Part shown: one piece after another, positions 34,124-45,625 of the stretch
Position numbering within the stretch: position 1 is the first letter of the stretch
Layout of the letters: the number at the start of each line of letters is the position of its first letter
The notes under the pieces: generated by a model
Seen by the model: only the letters and a program-made list of their open reading frames with translations
What the model was told of the DNA's origin: nothing
The model's database searches: none
Made by a program: the position numbers and the translations under genes
Assembly: GCA_029717555.1 (NCBI GenBank)
Contig: JAMDHS010000117.1
Span: 1 to 54,832 of the forward strand
Source: Peribolospora baueri
Taxonomy: Eukaryota
Direction of reading: 5' to 3'
Length of the DNA stretch: 54,832 nt

Positions 34124-35355
34124 GATCTGGCTTGATGTGGGCTTTGAAGCAGCCGCACCTCCCCCTTCCCCCCTTCCGCCGCCGTTCATTTCGCTCTTCC
34201 GGACCGCTGTATTGCTCTCCTCTTGGCCTTCCTTTCCCTTTCCGTTTCGTTCGCCCGCTCTCTATCCGGCTCCTTCACTCGGGTGCATCGGCGATATGCC
34301 CCTTTTGTAGATACCACTACGTGGCTGCCTAGACGTTCGCTTTCTGAGCGTATACCGCGACCCTGTCTTGTCCGGGTTCCCTTTCCTTACCGTTCGTCCG
34401 CGCATACCTTATTTCCTCCGTGGGCTTGTGGCCAATCTGGTTCGGTAATCTAATCGAGCGCCGACTCTCTATCGATACTTCTCTGATTGACTTCCCCGCG
34501 AATCGGCTTTACGCGCCGCTGTGAGAGGTTGACGGGCCAGCGGGCGATGAAATTTCATCCGGCCACGCTCGGTCGACGAAAGCGTGAGCAATGGGTGCTG
34601 CGGCAACGCCACCGGTCGTCGTCGCCCATCGAACATGGGCTATGGGCGAGGATGTGCTGGGGCGCATTCAACCATCCATCCATCCATCCGTCCGTCCGTC
34701 CCTTCGTTCATCCATCCATCCTTACAACTCGCCTCCATCAACCCATTCATCCGTTCGTCCTTCCACGGCTGACGCTCCAACTTGACGCCAGGGTGTCAAG
34801 GAAGGCGACGGGGCCCGATCGCACATCATCTCCCATCCGTCCGCCCGCGCTCTACCCATCCATCCATTCGTCCGTCCGTCTTTCTATCTGTTCGCCATTT
34901 CTGACCCATCCCACCTCGTTTGCGACTCCCATCCGTTTTTCACTCACCTGTCGTGCGTCCGCCGCTCCAGTACCTGTTTTTGTCGCCGTTAAGCGACTTG
35001 GAAAAGGTCTCTCTCTGGACGGGTCGGCCCTGGACTGATCGGCGCCAGTCCGATTGTTCGTCCATCTATCTACGCGCAACATCCGGCACCGTCTGCGGCA
35101 CGACGTCGCCGTCTCTCCACCACCACCTCGTCCCCGTTCACCGCCATCTCCCACTCCATCTCGCTCCTCGCTTTCTCACTCATCTTCGCCGCCCTCGCCC
35201 TCGCGCGTACGCCTCGTGAGCGATTGGGACTCGTCGACTGAAGCCATCTCTCGTCCTCGGACGCACCTCTTCCGCCGGTCCATTTCCTTGTTCCCCATAG
35301 CCGTCCATCCGCACCTTCCCCTCTTCCGGCAGCGTTCGCCGTCGATTCGCCGCGC

Positions 35356-37719
35356 ATGTATCACACCGATTCTGGACGCGATTCTGGACGCCGATCACGT
35401 ATCACGTCCGCCGCCATGCCATCGTCCACCGACGCACGTCCCGGATACGACTCGCCCCGAATGATCCACGTTCCACCTGCGTCCATGGGGGCCTCCAGTA
35501 GCACCAGTTCGCTCGCCCTCAGCTATGCAGACGCCAACGGCAGCGCAAGCGGCAGCGGGAGTGGCGGCGCCTTTTCCGCCGCGTCCTTGTCCTCCGCGTC
35601 CTTGTCCTCCCGGTCCGCACACTCTCCCGGCGACACCAATCCAGGCTTCCCGGACGGAGCCATCGCTTCGACGTCGGCACTGGACGTCGTTTGTCCGCGG
35701 GAACGGAGCAGGAGCACGGGCACGGGGATAGGATCAGCCCCGCAGCAGGAGCGACGGCGACCGGTGACGCCGAGCAAGGGAAAGGCGGTGGCGTACGGCG
35801 ATCGGTGAGTATGTCGGTGAGGGCATGTGGCGGGAGGGTATTTGCTGATATGGCGGGTGCGTCTCAGGTTCATACCAAATCGTGAAGGTGTCGATCTGCA
35901 AGCAACTTACCAGCTCATGGGAGAGGCTGGACCGTCGACGCCGACAAAGGGCAAGCGGAAAGTCCATGTTGAGACGGACGCGCAACGAGGTGAGTCGGAG
36001 GTGCGGCCTAGAATCGAACGAGTCGGACGCACATCTCATCGTGCGTTTTACTTTTATTTTTTCCAGAAGCCGATCGAGCGTTCACGTCGTTGATCACGGC
36101 CGAGCTGTACGGCATCGATCCCACCATCTCCATTCCTTCATCACCGTCCCCCTTCTCCTCTGCCGGCGCTTCGTCCACTTCCGGTTCGGCGTCACGACAC
36201 ACTTCTTACGGACCTTACGCCGAGGCGAACGGGGTGGGTTCCAACAACGGCGTCGTCGGTCTACCCACGCCGAGCACACCGACGAAGAAGAAGAACTTGT
36301 TCCAGTACAAAAGCCCGCAACGTGCGCGGACACCATACATGGTCACTCCCGGTCGAGCAGGAAGCGGAGGGAGAGCGGTAGACGCAACTCCGACGGGGGA
36401 AAGGGGCTTCGGGGGCGGGCTGTTCGGCAACGGTGCTGGAGTGGTGGGGAACGGCGACGCGTCCGGCACGCTCGGGGTTGGCCTCGACTCGCCGAACCAT
36501 GATGCATATAGCCTCAGCCCGGTCCGGTTCGAGAGCCAGAAACTGCTGCTTAGCCCTAGAAAATCAACGCGGACGCTGAGCAAGCTGCCGTACAAGGTGC
36601 TCGACGCGCCAGAGCTGGCGGTGAGTACGGCGTGTGGTCTCGTCCGAATTTCGTTGCCGAAGAACTGACGTGATGTCGTTCACTCGTGTGCAGGACGACT
36701 TTTACTTGAACCTTGTCGACTGGTCCAGCACCAACGTGCTCGGCGTGGGATTGGGCTCTTGCGTGTACCTCTGGTCGGCACCGACGTCCAAAGTCACAAA
36801 GCTCCTCGACCTGTCCACCGCCAGGGACAAGGTGACGAGCGTGTCGTGGGGACAAAAGGTGCGTGGCGGGGTGTGATGCCGTCGGTTAAACCAAACTGAG
36901 TCTGACCGGTGCGATCGATCGTCTTCCTTCATTCATCCCCAGGGTCAGCACCTCGCGGTCGGGACGGCGACGGGCAAGGTGCAGATCTGGGACGCGGAAA
37001 AGTGCAAGCTTGTGCGGTCCATGTCCGGCCATACTGCTCGATGTGGCGCGCTAGCGTGGAACGCGCATATACTCACATCGGGCTCTCGAGACCGATCAAT
37101 TATGCATCGCGACCTTCGTGTGCCGGCTCACCACATCCGGCAGCTTACCGGCCACCGGCAGGAAGTGTGCGGGCTTCGGTGGAACGGCGAGGCGAACCAA
37201 TTAGCGTCGGGAGGCAACGACAACAAGCTGATCGTCTGGAACGGGCTGGAGAGCCAGCCTCTTTACCGATTCAACGAGCACGTAGCGGCCGTCAAGGCGA
37301 TCGCGTGGAACCCGCACCAACACGGCATCCTCGCCTCCGGCGGAGGCACGGCGGACAAGAAGATTAGGTTCTGGAACACGCTCACCGGGTCCATGCTCTC
37401 GGAGATCGACACAGGCTCGCAGCTGTGCAACCTGATGTGGAGCAAGACGTCGAACGAGATTGTTAGCACGCACGGCTACTCGAGCAATAGCGCACAGAAC
37501 CAGGTCTGCATCTGGAAGTACCCGAGCATGCAGCAGGTCGCCACGCTCACGGGCCACACGATGAGAGTCCTCTACCTCGCCATGAGCCCGGACGGGCAAA
37601 CGATCGTGACGGGCGCCGGCGACGAAACGCTTCGGTTTTGGAACGCCTTCCAAAAGGCGGGCAAGAAGGAGCACAAGGCAGAACAGAGCGCGCTCAACCC
37701 GTTCGCCAAGATTCGGTAG
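35356..37719 (+). CDS. CDH1: APC/C co-activator Cdh1/Fzr1/Srw1 (WD40)
   Basis: C-box GDR|FIPNR across an intron, PYKVLDAPELA|DDFYLNLVDWS, WD40 repeats (GHRQEVCGL, LASGGNDN, ASGGGTAD, TGAGDETLRFW), C-terminal IR tail and many S/TP sites. Start codon could be 35356 or a nearby ATG. Confidence 0.93.
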
Positions 37720-38508
37720 CCTCGGTCACCATACCCCCCCGTCATTTCTGTTTTCTGTAGTTCACGCACATGTATCCGCGTTGTCCAGTCACCCCTCTTC
37801 GCGTGTCTTTGCCCTTGTCTATGCCCTGTATTCCTATCGTCTGTACTTGGCAGATTTGTGAGCTAACCCGCGGTGAGCGAGCCGGGAGGGAGTCGTCCAT
37901 GCGTCCATGACAGAGTGACTAGTCCTCGTGCGCCGAGTCCGCCTAGCGAGGGAACTCGGTGTTATGGTGGTAAACTATCGACTGACCAGAGAAGACGGTC
38001 GCACTGCGGTCGAGGGAACTAGTGCTCGTTCGTCTGCGGTCCGCTCCCCTCTTGTGGAGCGTTCGCTGGGGCCAGGAGAAGAAGGGAGAAAGGGCCGGGC
38101 CAGTCGAGAGGAATGGCGTCGTGTCCAGCCGGAAATGGTCACGGTCAGCTCACTTGTACGAGCGAGCACGGCGATGGTGCACCGAGATGTCTTCTCCTCG
38201 AGAAATGTGGAAGAGCGTGTCGAAGCGAGACGTCAGGCCGATGTTGTCGTTTGCTCCTTCGCTTCGTTTCGTCGCACGTTCTCCGCCGAGCAATAAGAAT
38301 GTATACAGCGGCGAGACCGCCCTCTACGTTACCGTCTCAGGTCGCTGTCTGCCCATTCAACTCGATTCGATGTACGTCTCCGCGTCCCGCGCCTTCCTCG
38401 ACGACGCTCGCTCGCCGTGCTCGTGAATGACCATGTTTGATTCAGTTCGGTTCTCGATTCGTACATACAACATGAGGAGCCTTTTCGCCCTCCGCTCACC
38501 GTCCCCGA

Positions 38509-40459
38509 TCAGTGGGCGGCGACGCCCATCACCGGCGGCGTCTCCGAGCGCATGCGCTCAGTGGCTGACGGCATCTCGCCAGAGAGCATAGAGTGCAGGT
38601 CGGCACGGGAGACCTCGCCGATCTTGTTGATAATGTTCTCCTCCTTGTATGCGGTCACCTTGCCCGTCTTGTCGTTCCGGATCTTGTACCGCGGCTCGGT
38701 GGGCGACGCGTGCACCGTGCGGCCGGTCGTGCCGGCGTCGGTGTCATGCAGGTCCACCTCGACGATGACTGAGAGGGCAAGGGACGACGGACGCCGTGTC
38801 AGAAAGAGATGAAGATTAGGTTGAGACGGAGCGGCCTCACCGCCAGTAGTGGTCGCGTGTTGAGCGCGACGACCGCCGCCACCGACAGCTTCGTCTGCGC
38901 GGAGACGCGAAGGATTCGAGTAAGGCTTCATCCGGACATGCAGGACGGAACGAACGAGCTAGAGAGATCACTCACATTCGACCTTATCGCCCACCTTGTA
39001 CTTTACATTGTACACACGCCCTTGCGTCCCTCCCTCCCCAGCGCCTACCTCCTCTCCCTTGGCAGCCTTGGTGCGCCCGCCCATCTCCGCTGGTTCGGGT
39101 GAGGCACGCTCGGAGGGTGCGCCAGCCACGAGACGAGACATCTCCGGATGGCCGATCTCGCCGATCTTCCTGACGATATTTCTCTCGTAATAGCCGGTCT
39201 GCGGACGGCGCACCACACGCGATCTCGACGATCAGCCGACCCGGGTGAACGCAAATAGTGGCGATGGCGAGACTACCCACCACACGACCAGTGTGATCGT
39301 TTCTGATCTTGTATACCGGATTCCATTCGCTGGCGTGAAGGGTCCGCCCCGTCGACGGGTCTTCCGTCGGCAATACGTCGACCTCGACGACCACTTGCGA
39401 CACGGGCCGGAACGGTCGGAAAGACGTTTTCAAAGGTTAGAAAAATCCACGCGAGAAACGATCTTAACATGGTCTCACCGCCGGTCGTAACGGGGAGTGT
39501 CTCCTTGTTGGCTCCAATCGGATGGTCTACAAGGACAAAGACAAATGAGCCCGACCGGAAGCATGCCTTTGAGGAGACGGCGACAATCTCACATTCGACC
39601 TTGAAGGAGACGAGGGAAAAGAATAACATAACCGGCTTAGCTGACGGCCGCGTGTTCCACGGTAAACGGTAAACGGGAGACGTGGAGGAGAGATGAAGTC
39701 TTGGCAGGCAACTCACACGGTCACCCGGCTTGAATTTAAGAGTTCTGTGCCAAGTCGGAGGGGCATGGCCGACGTTTAGTGATTCCTCTCCGGTGTACTT
39801 CGTCGCCTCGGCGCGTTTGATAAACTCGAGCTCTTCCGGAGAGACTTCGCCGACCTTGCCCACAATGTTATGGCGCTTGTAGGCCGTCTTTGGGAAGGAG
39901 AAGACGAAAGCACGTTGGAGAGCATTCCAGCTGTCGAATGAGAGAGGAGCGACGCACGACTTTCGCAGTCCGGTCATTTCTGATCTTGTACCTTTTAACG
40001 GAGGCGAGCGCGATGTCAGCCCGGCGGTCCTTCTCCCACTTTGGGCCCTCTCATCCTCACCGAGGCTCTTCCGGACTGGCATGCAGTGTCCTTCCCGTGT
40101 TTGGATCTGTCTCCGGTTCGGTGAGGACGTCCATGATAAGGCCTGTGGTGAACGAGAGGGCTTTGTATCCAAAAGACCGCAAGCGCCAGGCCGCACCGAT
40201 ATGCGGTCCGCAGAGAGAGCGATAAGAAAATCAGCTGTGGCAGATGCTCAGCCTCTGGTAACGAGTAGAGGGAAAACGAACTTCTTCCCTCGCCGCCGCC
40301 GACGGCCTCGTCTGGGAGAGCGAACGAATGGTCGAGATAGCATGTGGTGAAAATCAAGGTGGGCGGTCATCTCTCCTAGGGGGAACCAGGACGCCAAAAC
40401 TACTGACATTCCACCCTGTCTCCAGGCTTGTAATCAGCTTTTTCCTCTACGTCTGCCAT
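38509..40459 (-). CDS. Intron-rich gene for a protein with three tandem Hva1/DUF2945-like Tudor domains
   Basis: Start MADVEEKADYKPGDRVE|Y. Three copies of (Y/F)KxGD(R/K)VEY-x-(A/P)(V/I)G...TGRT(L/V)HASxxxPxYKIRNDxT...T(A/G)YxxxNI(V/I)xK(V/I)GE. Stop at 38509-38511. Some internal exon boundaries in repeat 1 are uncertain. Confidence 0.82.
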
Positions 40460-41398
40460 GTCGTCGTATCGGCGGGTTCGAGTAGGCGAGCTGACAGTGG
40501 TGGATGCTCGTTGATGGTCGAGGGATGATCAGAAACGAGAGATGTCATGCTCAGGTCATGCATGGCAGGGCTGTCTGAGACCTGCTGATCAATTCCCATC
40601 GTGACCAGGGCACCCGTTAGGATGAGTAAACGAAGCAACCATCCCCTGTCCGTGACGATCCCAAGTCCGGCAGACCTGCACGATTGTCAGCAAAGCCGTC
40701 GTGGTTGTGGTGGTTAGTCAGTCGCTCAGACGTGCCAAAAGCAGACCGCGTGCGACTCGTCCGATATTGAAAAGGTAACAAGACTGGGTTCTGAGCTCGA
40801 GGACAGCGGATGGAAGAAAGCTGAGGCGTACCATGGCCAGCTCGTCCCCAGTCCCTGCCGCGAAGAAACACGGCGCCAACTTGCGTCACTGCCGTGCGAG
40901 CGTCGCTTACGTAATTTAATACCACTTCAGCTCAAAGACCCGTTCATTTAAGAGCAGCTTGCCACACTTCCATGCATCCTTCCGTCCACCTCGGCCGCCG
41001 ACATCCACTCGTCGACCCTCGTCGTCGTCCCTCGTCCTCGCCCCTCACTCGTGGCAGCTTTGGGGATCGCACGACTCATATCGGCTCTCCTGCCGACATC
41101 CCCCCCGGTGCAGTGAACTCCTTTCACAATGTTTCATTTGTTTCGATCGTCCTGAGCGGCCGCCATGAAAGCAATTTCAAATCGCCTCGCCCCCCCGCCT
41201 GCGATGCATCGAGCGATCGCATTGTCGTTTAAACACGATCAATTTCCGAGCAATGCTGATGTCTCTTTTACAGACGTCAGGGCCTTGGCTAGGACCCTTG
41301 AACGGCGGCTCGACACCCTGCATGAGCGGCGAATCGACTGGACTGGATTCACTGCTGCCGAGCGGAGCGATGACATCTCGTCAGACACGCAGGACTGT

Positions 41399-41438
41399 CC
41401 CCCCCCCCCCCCCCCCCCCCCCCGAAAGTCCATATAAA
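41399..41438 (+). promoter_or_regulatory. C25 homopolymer (41399-41423) followed by TATAAA (41433-41438), about 90 bp upstream of the Rds1-like ATG
   Basis: Both elements are read directly; the promoter role is inferred from position. Confidence 0.55.
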
Positions 41439-41528
41439 GCCCCCCGTGAAGTACATACGGGGCCCTCCACATCAACCCTCTTCCTTCCTTCTCCCGCTCC
41501 TCATTCAACGCTACCTATTCCGTGAACC

Positions 41529-42829
41529 ATGGTGCTCATTCTTCCAGCTCTCGTCGCCGCCTCGGCGCCGCTTGCTGCCCTACCCTTCGTCCAGGCGGCT
41601 CCGCAAGGCTCAATCGAACCTATCATCGCCCGCGCCAGCTTTTTTGGTCCGATGGCAAGACGCTTCCTTGTCGACGGAGAGACGCCTTCTCTTACCCAGC
41701 GCTCGCCCAAGGCCAAGCGAGACGGAAGCTACGAGCCTCTGCCAACTAGCAGCCTGCAGGAGAAGAAGCCAGTGTACCACGTCAACGGCACGTTTGATTT
41801 CCAGTCGATCAGCCTCGGTCTCATGCAGGAGTTTATCGAGAAAGACCTTTTCGACTACGGCCTCGCCAAGTTCTCCGACGAAGAGTTTGCCGCCGCCGGT
41901 CTCAACGGCGCGGACCGTTACCTGATCAAGTTCATGGCCGATCAAGAGGTCGGCCACGCCGCCGTGCTCTCGTCACTGCTTGGAGACAAGGCGGGCAAGA
42001 TGTGCAAATACCAGTATCCGTTCACCGACGTCAAGGGCTTCCTTGACTTTTGTCAAAAGGTCACCCGCTTCGGCGAGAGCGGCGTTTACGGTTTCCTCAA
42101 TCAGCTTCAGAGCCGCCCGTCAGCCCAGCTGCTCCTGCAGTCGATCGCCACCGAGGCTCGTCAGCAGATGATCTTTCGTCAGTTCTCCGGGTGAGTCGAC
42201 ACATCCACTCCACACCGAAACACGTTTTTCATGCCCTATGACGTCTCGGCTAAACTCTCGGAAATCCCGTCACGACCATCAGAGCCTTCCCTATGCCCGT
42301 CTGGTTCGAGACGGCCATCACCCAAAGCATGCAGTGGACTCTACTCGCTCCCTACCTCAAGTCCTGTCCTGACTCGAACCCCCACCTCGTCTGGAACATC
42401 TTCCCCACGCTCAACGTGACGAACAACCCGAGCCTGGCCCAAGGCAACACGAAGGCAGCCATCTCCACCAACAGCACCTCGCTCACCTATCCGGGACGCG
42501 AGGTGTTCTTGACCTGGGAAGGGCCCGGCAAGGTCGCCGGTCCGGACGGAAAATATGAGACTAGCACGCGTGCCAAGGGGCCGGCCAAATACGCAGCGTG
42601 GGTGGCGCAGTACAATGTGACCTACACGGATCTGTACGACGTCAAGGATGGCTGCGCGACGACGAAGCAGCCCAAGTCGACCGTCCTGCCTGAGGTGCCT
42701 AGCGACCCGCAGGTGAACGGGACGATGTTCGTGGCCCTCGTCGACGACAACCCTCACCTCACGCCTTACAACCTTTCCATCATCGACGAGCACATCGTCG
42801 CTGGGCCGGTCCTCTACCAGGCGGACTAG
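41529..42829 (+). CDS. Rds1-like stress-responsive ferritin-fold protein with signal peptide; intron 42191-42282
   Basis: Hydrophobic N-terminus ending VQA-AP; motifs QEFIEKDLF, FMADQEVGHA, TRFGESGVYGFL and IATEARQQMIFRQFSG|AFPMPVWFET. Confidence 0.87.
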
Positions 42830-43053
42830 CAAGCTGCCCGACACGCGCTTCCCGTCGGACGCTGACACTCTTTACCACCTCGCGGACACCCTTTGTATGC
42901 CACGTCGGCCCTTTCATCAGACGCTGACGTTCTTCTCATCGGACACTTCCTGTATGCCACGTCGATCTTCTTCTCGTTCTTTTCGTCGGACACTTCTAAA
43001 TCGTGAACACATGTCTATATTCGATGCAACGCTCCTCGAGGTATCATTGGCTT

Positions 43054-45132
43054 TCAATGAAAAATACCGTTTTGGCACAGCAGTTCCTTCAGCAGGCCCT
43101 TCAGGGCGCGCACCTCCTTCCTCCCCTCTTCCACCTCGCTCCTCAGCGCCACGAGCTCGTCCATGAGCACCTCTTGGTTTCTTGCTAGCTTGTGGTTCGA
43201 CAGGTCTCTTCCGGGAGTGGTCATTCCCGAATCCGAGGCCGACATGCTCATTGGAGCTCCGGTCGGTGTAGGAGAGTAGACGAACGGTGAGCGTGGTTGG
43301 ACGGAGAGGTGCTGGGGTGCGTCATCGCTGTAGACGGGGAGCGAGCCAGGCTCTTCGTTCGAGTGGGCGTGATCGGCGGACTGTAGATAGAGATGACGAG
43401 TCAGCGAAACGTTCTCGACACGCCTTCGAGGAAACACGCTCACGTTCTCTGGTTCCACTTTTCCCATGACGTTCATCGCATCGAATACGACCGCGAATTG
43501 GCGCCCGAGGACCTGCAAGTGCGTAAACCAAGATCAGGCCGCGTGTGGCGAACGAGATTGGACGACAGCGCCATACTCACGAAAGACGGCAAGGCGATGA
43601 GTAGCAGTCCGAAGGCGAGCAGCGGCACAGCCACCAGCTTGCCGAGAATGGTGCGAGGCACCATGTCGCCGTATCCGGTGGTCGTCTGGGACCCAGGTGG
43701 AGGAGTCAGAAGGGCAGAGAAATGATCAAATCAGCCAGCCAACTCACCATGGTCACGAGGACGAACCTGGGGGAAGGAGGAGGCGAACATGAAGGGTGAA
43801 CGGCTCGCTCGCGGTCGAGGCTGCACTGCACGATCGGGACCGCAGGCTCACCAAGCGGCGCCCGGGATCGAGCTAAATTGGCTTACATCGCCGTCGGGAG
43901 TGACGAACGCCTCGATCTCGGAATCCCATGTCCCGCGCTCGCAAAAGTAGAGGATTGTGGCGAAGACCATGAGGCTCGTCACGACGAAGAAGGCCAGGGC
44001 AACGACTGCGGATGAAAGAAAAATTGGTCAGAGCTTGGACGTGCTGTCATACTCGCGCAAGGGTGATCCGCACGGGCATCCTTCGACCTCTTGAAGCTGA
44101 CGACCATGACCTCGATGGTGAGGACGATGGTGTTCGAGTAGCGGAAGGCTTGGAAGACGCGTAGGAGACGAAAGGTGCGTAGGACGGAAAACCGGAAGAT
44201 GGCGGACTGTGAGGATGGCATGAGAGGGTCAGAGGAAGGCAGCAACGGGTCGGCGTTTAGTGATGTGGGTCAGCTAGCTCACCGTGTCCGCGGAGAGCGC
44301 GATCTCGATGTAGTAAGGAAGAATGGCCATCAGGTCGAGGATGGCGAACGGAGCTGCAAGTGAGGGAAGGAAGGCGGTGAGCGCCGGCCTCGCCGGATTG
44401 ACTGAGGGCGTGCGTTCGCGCTCACTCTTCATCCACCGCCAGAGCATCGACCAAGAGTCGCTGTGTGCGCTCACCCTGGCCGCGTACTCGACGGTGAAGC
44501 AAAACACGAGGGCGGTCTCGAGTCCGAACCAGAGCGTGCCTTCAGCGCCACGAAATGCGGGCAACGTCTCAATTGTGGTGATGAGGGCGGAAAGTACGAT
44601 GAGGGAAGTGGAGAAGGCGTGGATCAGGAAGGCGGAGGAAGAGGAGGAAGGCGATTCGAGGAGCAGATAGAGCGATCGTTTCCAGCTGGACGAGCGAGAC
44701 AAGCGCCGGTCAGGAGGGGGCGGGAGCGACGTCGAATACCACTGGGGAAAGCTCACACCTGCTTCGAATGCCTTGGGCCTCGTTTTGGTGATCCAGAGGC
44801 TGCAGGAAGGCGTGCAGGTCGTGAGGTATCTCGACCGTGGGCGTGGCGCTTTCGTCGGTCAGGAAAAAGTCGCGCCCTATCCCGCGTTCCGTGCTGCCGC
44901 CCGGCCGAAGAGAGAGCGCGCTGGGACGACCGTAGACCGCGCGTGACTTTCCATGCCTCCTGCTCTCGGCGTCTCGGGCCTCACGACCAGGTACGGAGGT
45001 GGGACGACGGGACGGGCCCGCGATGGGGGGGTCGTCCGGAGAGGGAGCGCGAAGTTGTCCCGACGCCGCCTCGGCCGGCCTGAGCGGGTCGAGCTCGTGG
45101 GCGTCGTCGCCAGGGGGGTAAGCGGTGGGCAT
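43054..45132 (-). CDS. Six-TM voltage-gated (Kv-like) potassium channel, multi-exon
   Basis: S2 FCFTVEYAARV, S3 ILDLMAILPYYIE, S4 LRTFRLLRVFQAFR, pore FSSIPGAAW|FVLVTM|TTTGYGDMVPRT, S6 GLLLIALPSF, and a C-terminal coiled coil. Confidence 0.92.
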
Positions 45133-45531
45133 GGAGAAGCGGTGGGCGAGTCCAAGGCGCTGCCCACGGTGCGACCGTCTCTCAGCGGGCGTGAGTAGAA
45201 CTCGATCCTCGGATGGAGCGGTTAGAGAATGCAAGATCTGCGACGGAGTGAATCCTTCCACGACGTTGGCCCCTCCGCTGGACACGGTCAACCAAGTCGC
45301 CGGCCCGGGGATGCCGCAACCGCAGCACACCCAACCTGGCTGCGGCAGCGGCGCGTGCGAGTCATGCTGGACGACGTAACCCTAATATCTCCCTTCTCCC
45401 TTTCCCTTGTTGGTCACCACTGCCTCCCACTATTTCAACCCTCTAGACACGGCCCAGGCGACGTTTCCTCACCACCACACCACATCCGGCGGCGTAAACA
45501 GCGCTCGGAGGAGCTGCCCAGCCGCCCGACC

Positions 45532-45579
45532 ATGTACGGTAACTCTGCCTTTGGCAGCGTGTTCCAGCAGAATCAAGCT

Positions 45580-45625
<46 letters not shown>

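Noticed and set aside
45579..45624. (CAG)n poly-Gln tract in NUP98, and a similar one in the PDE
   Set aside because: Ordinary coding microsatellites in disordered regions.
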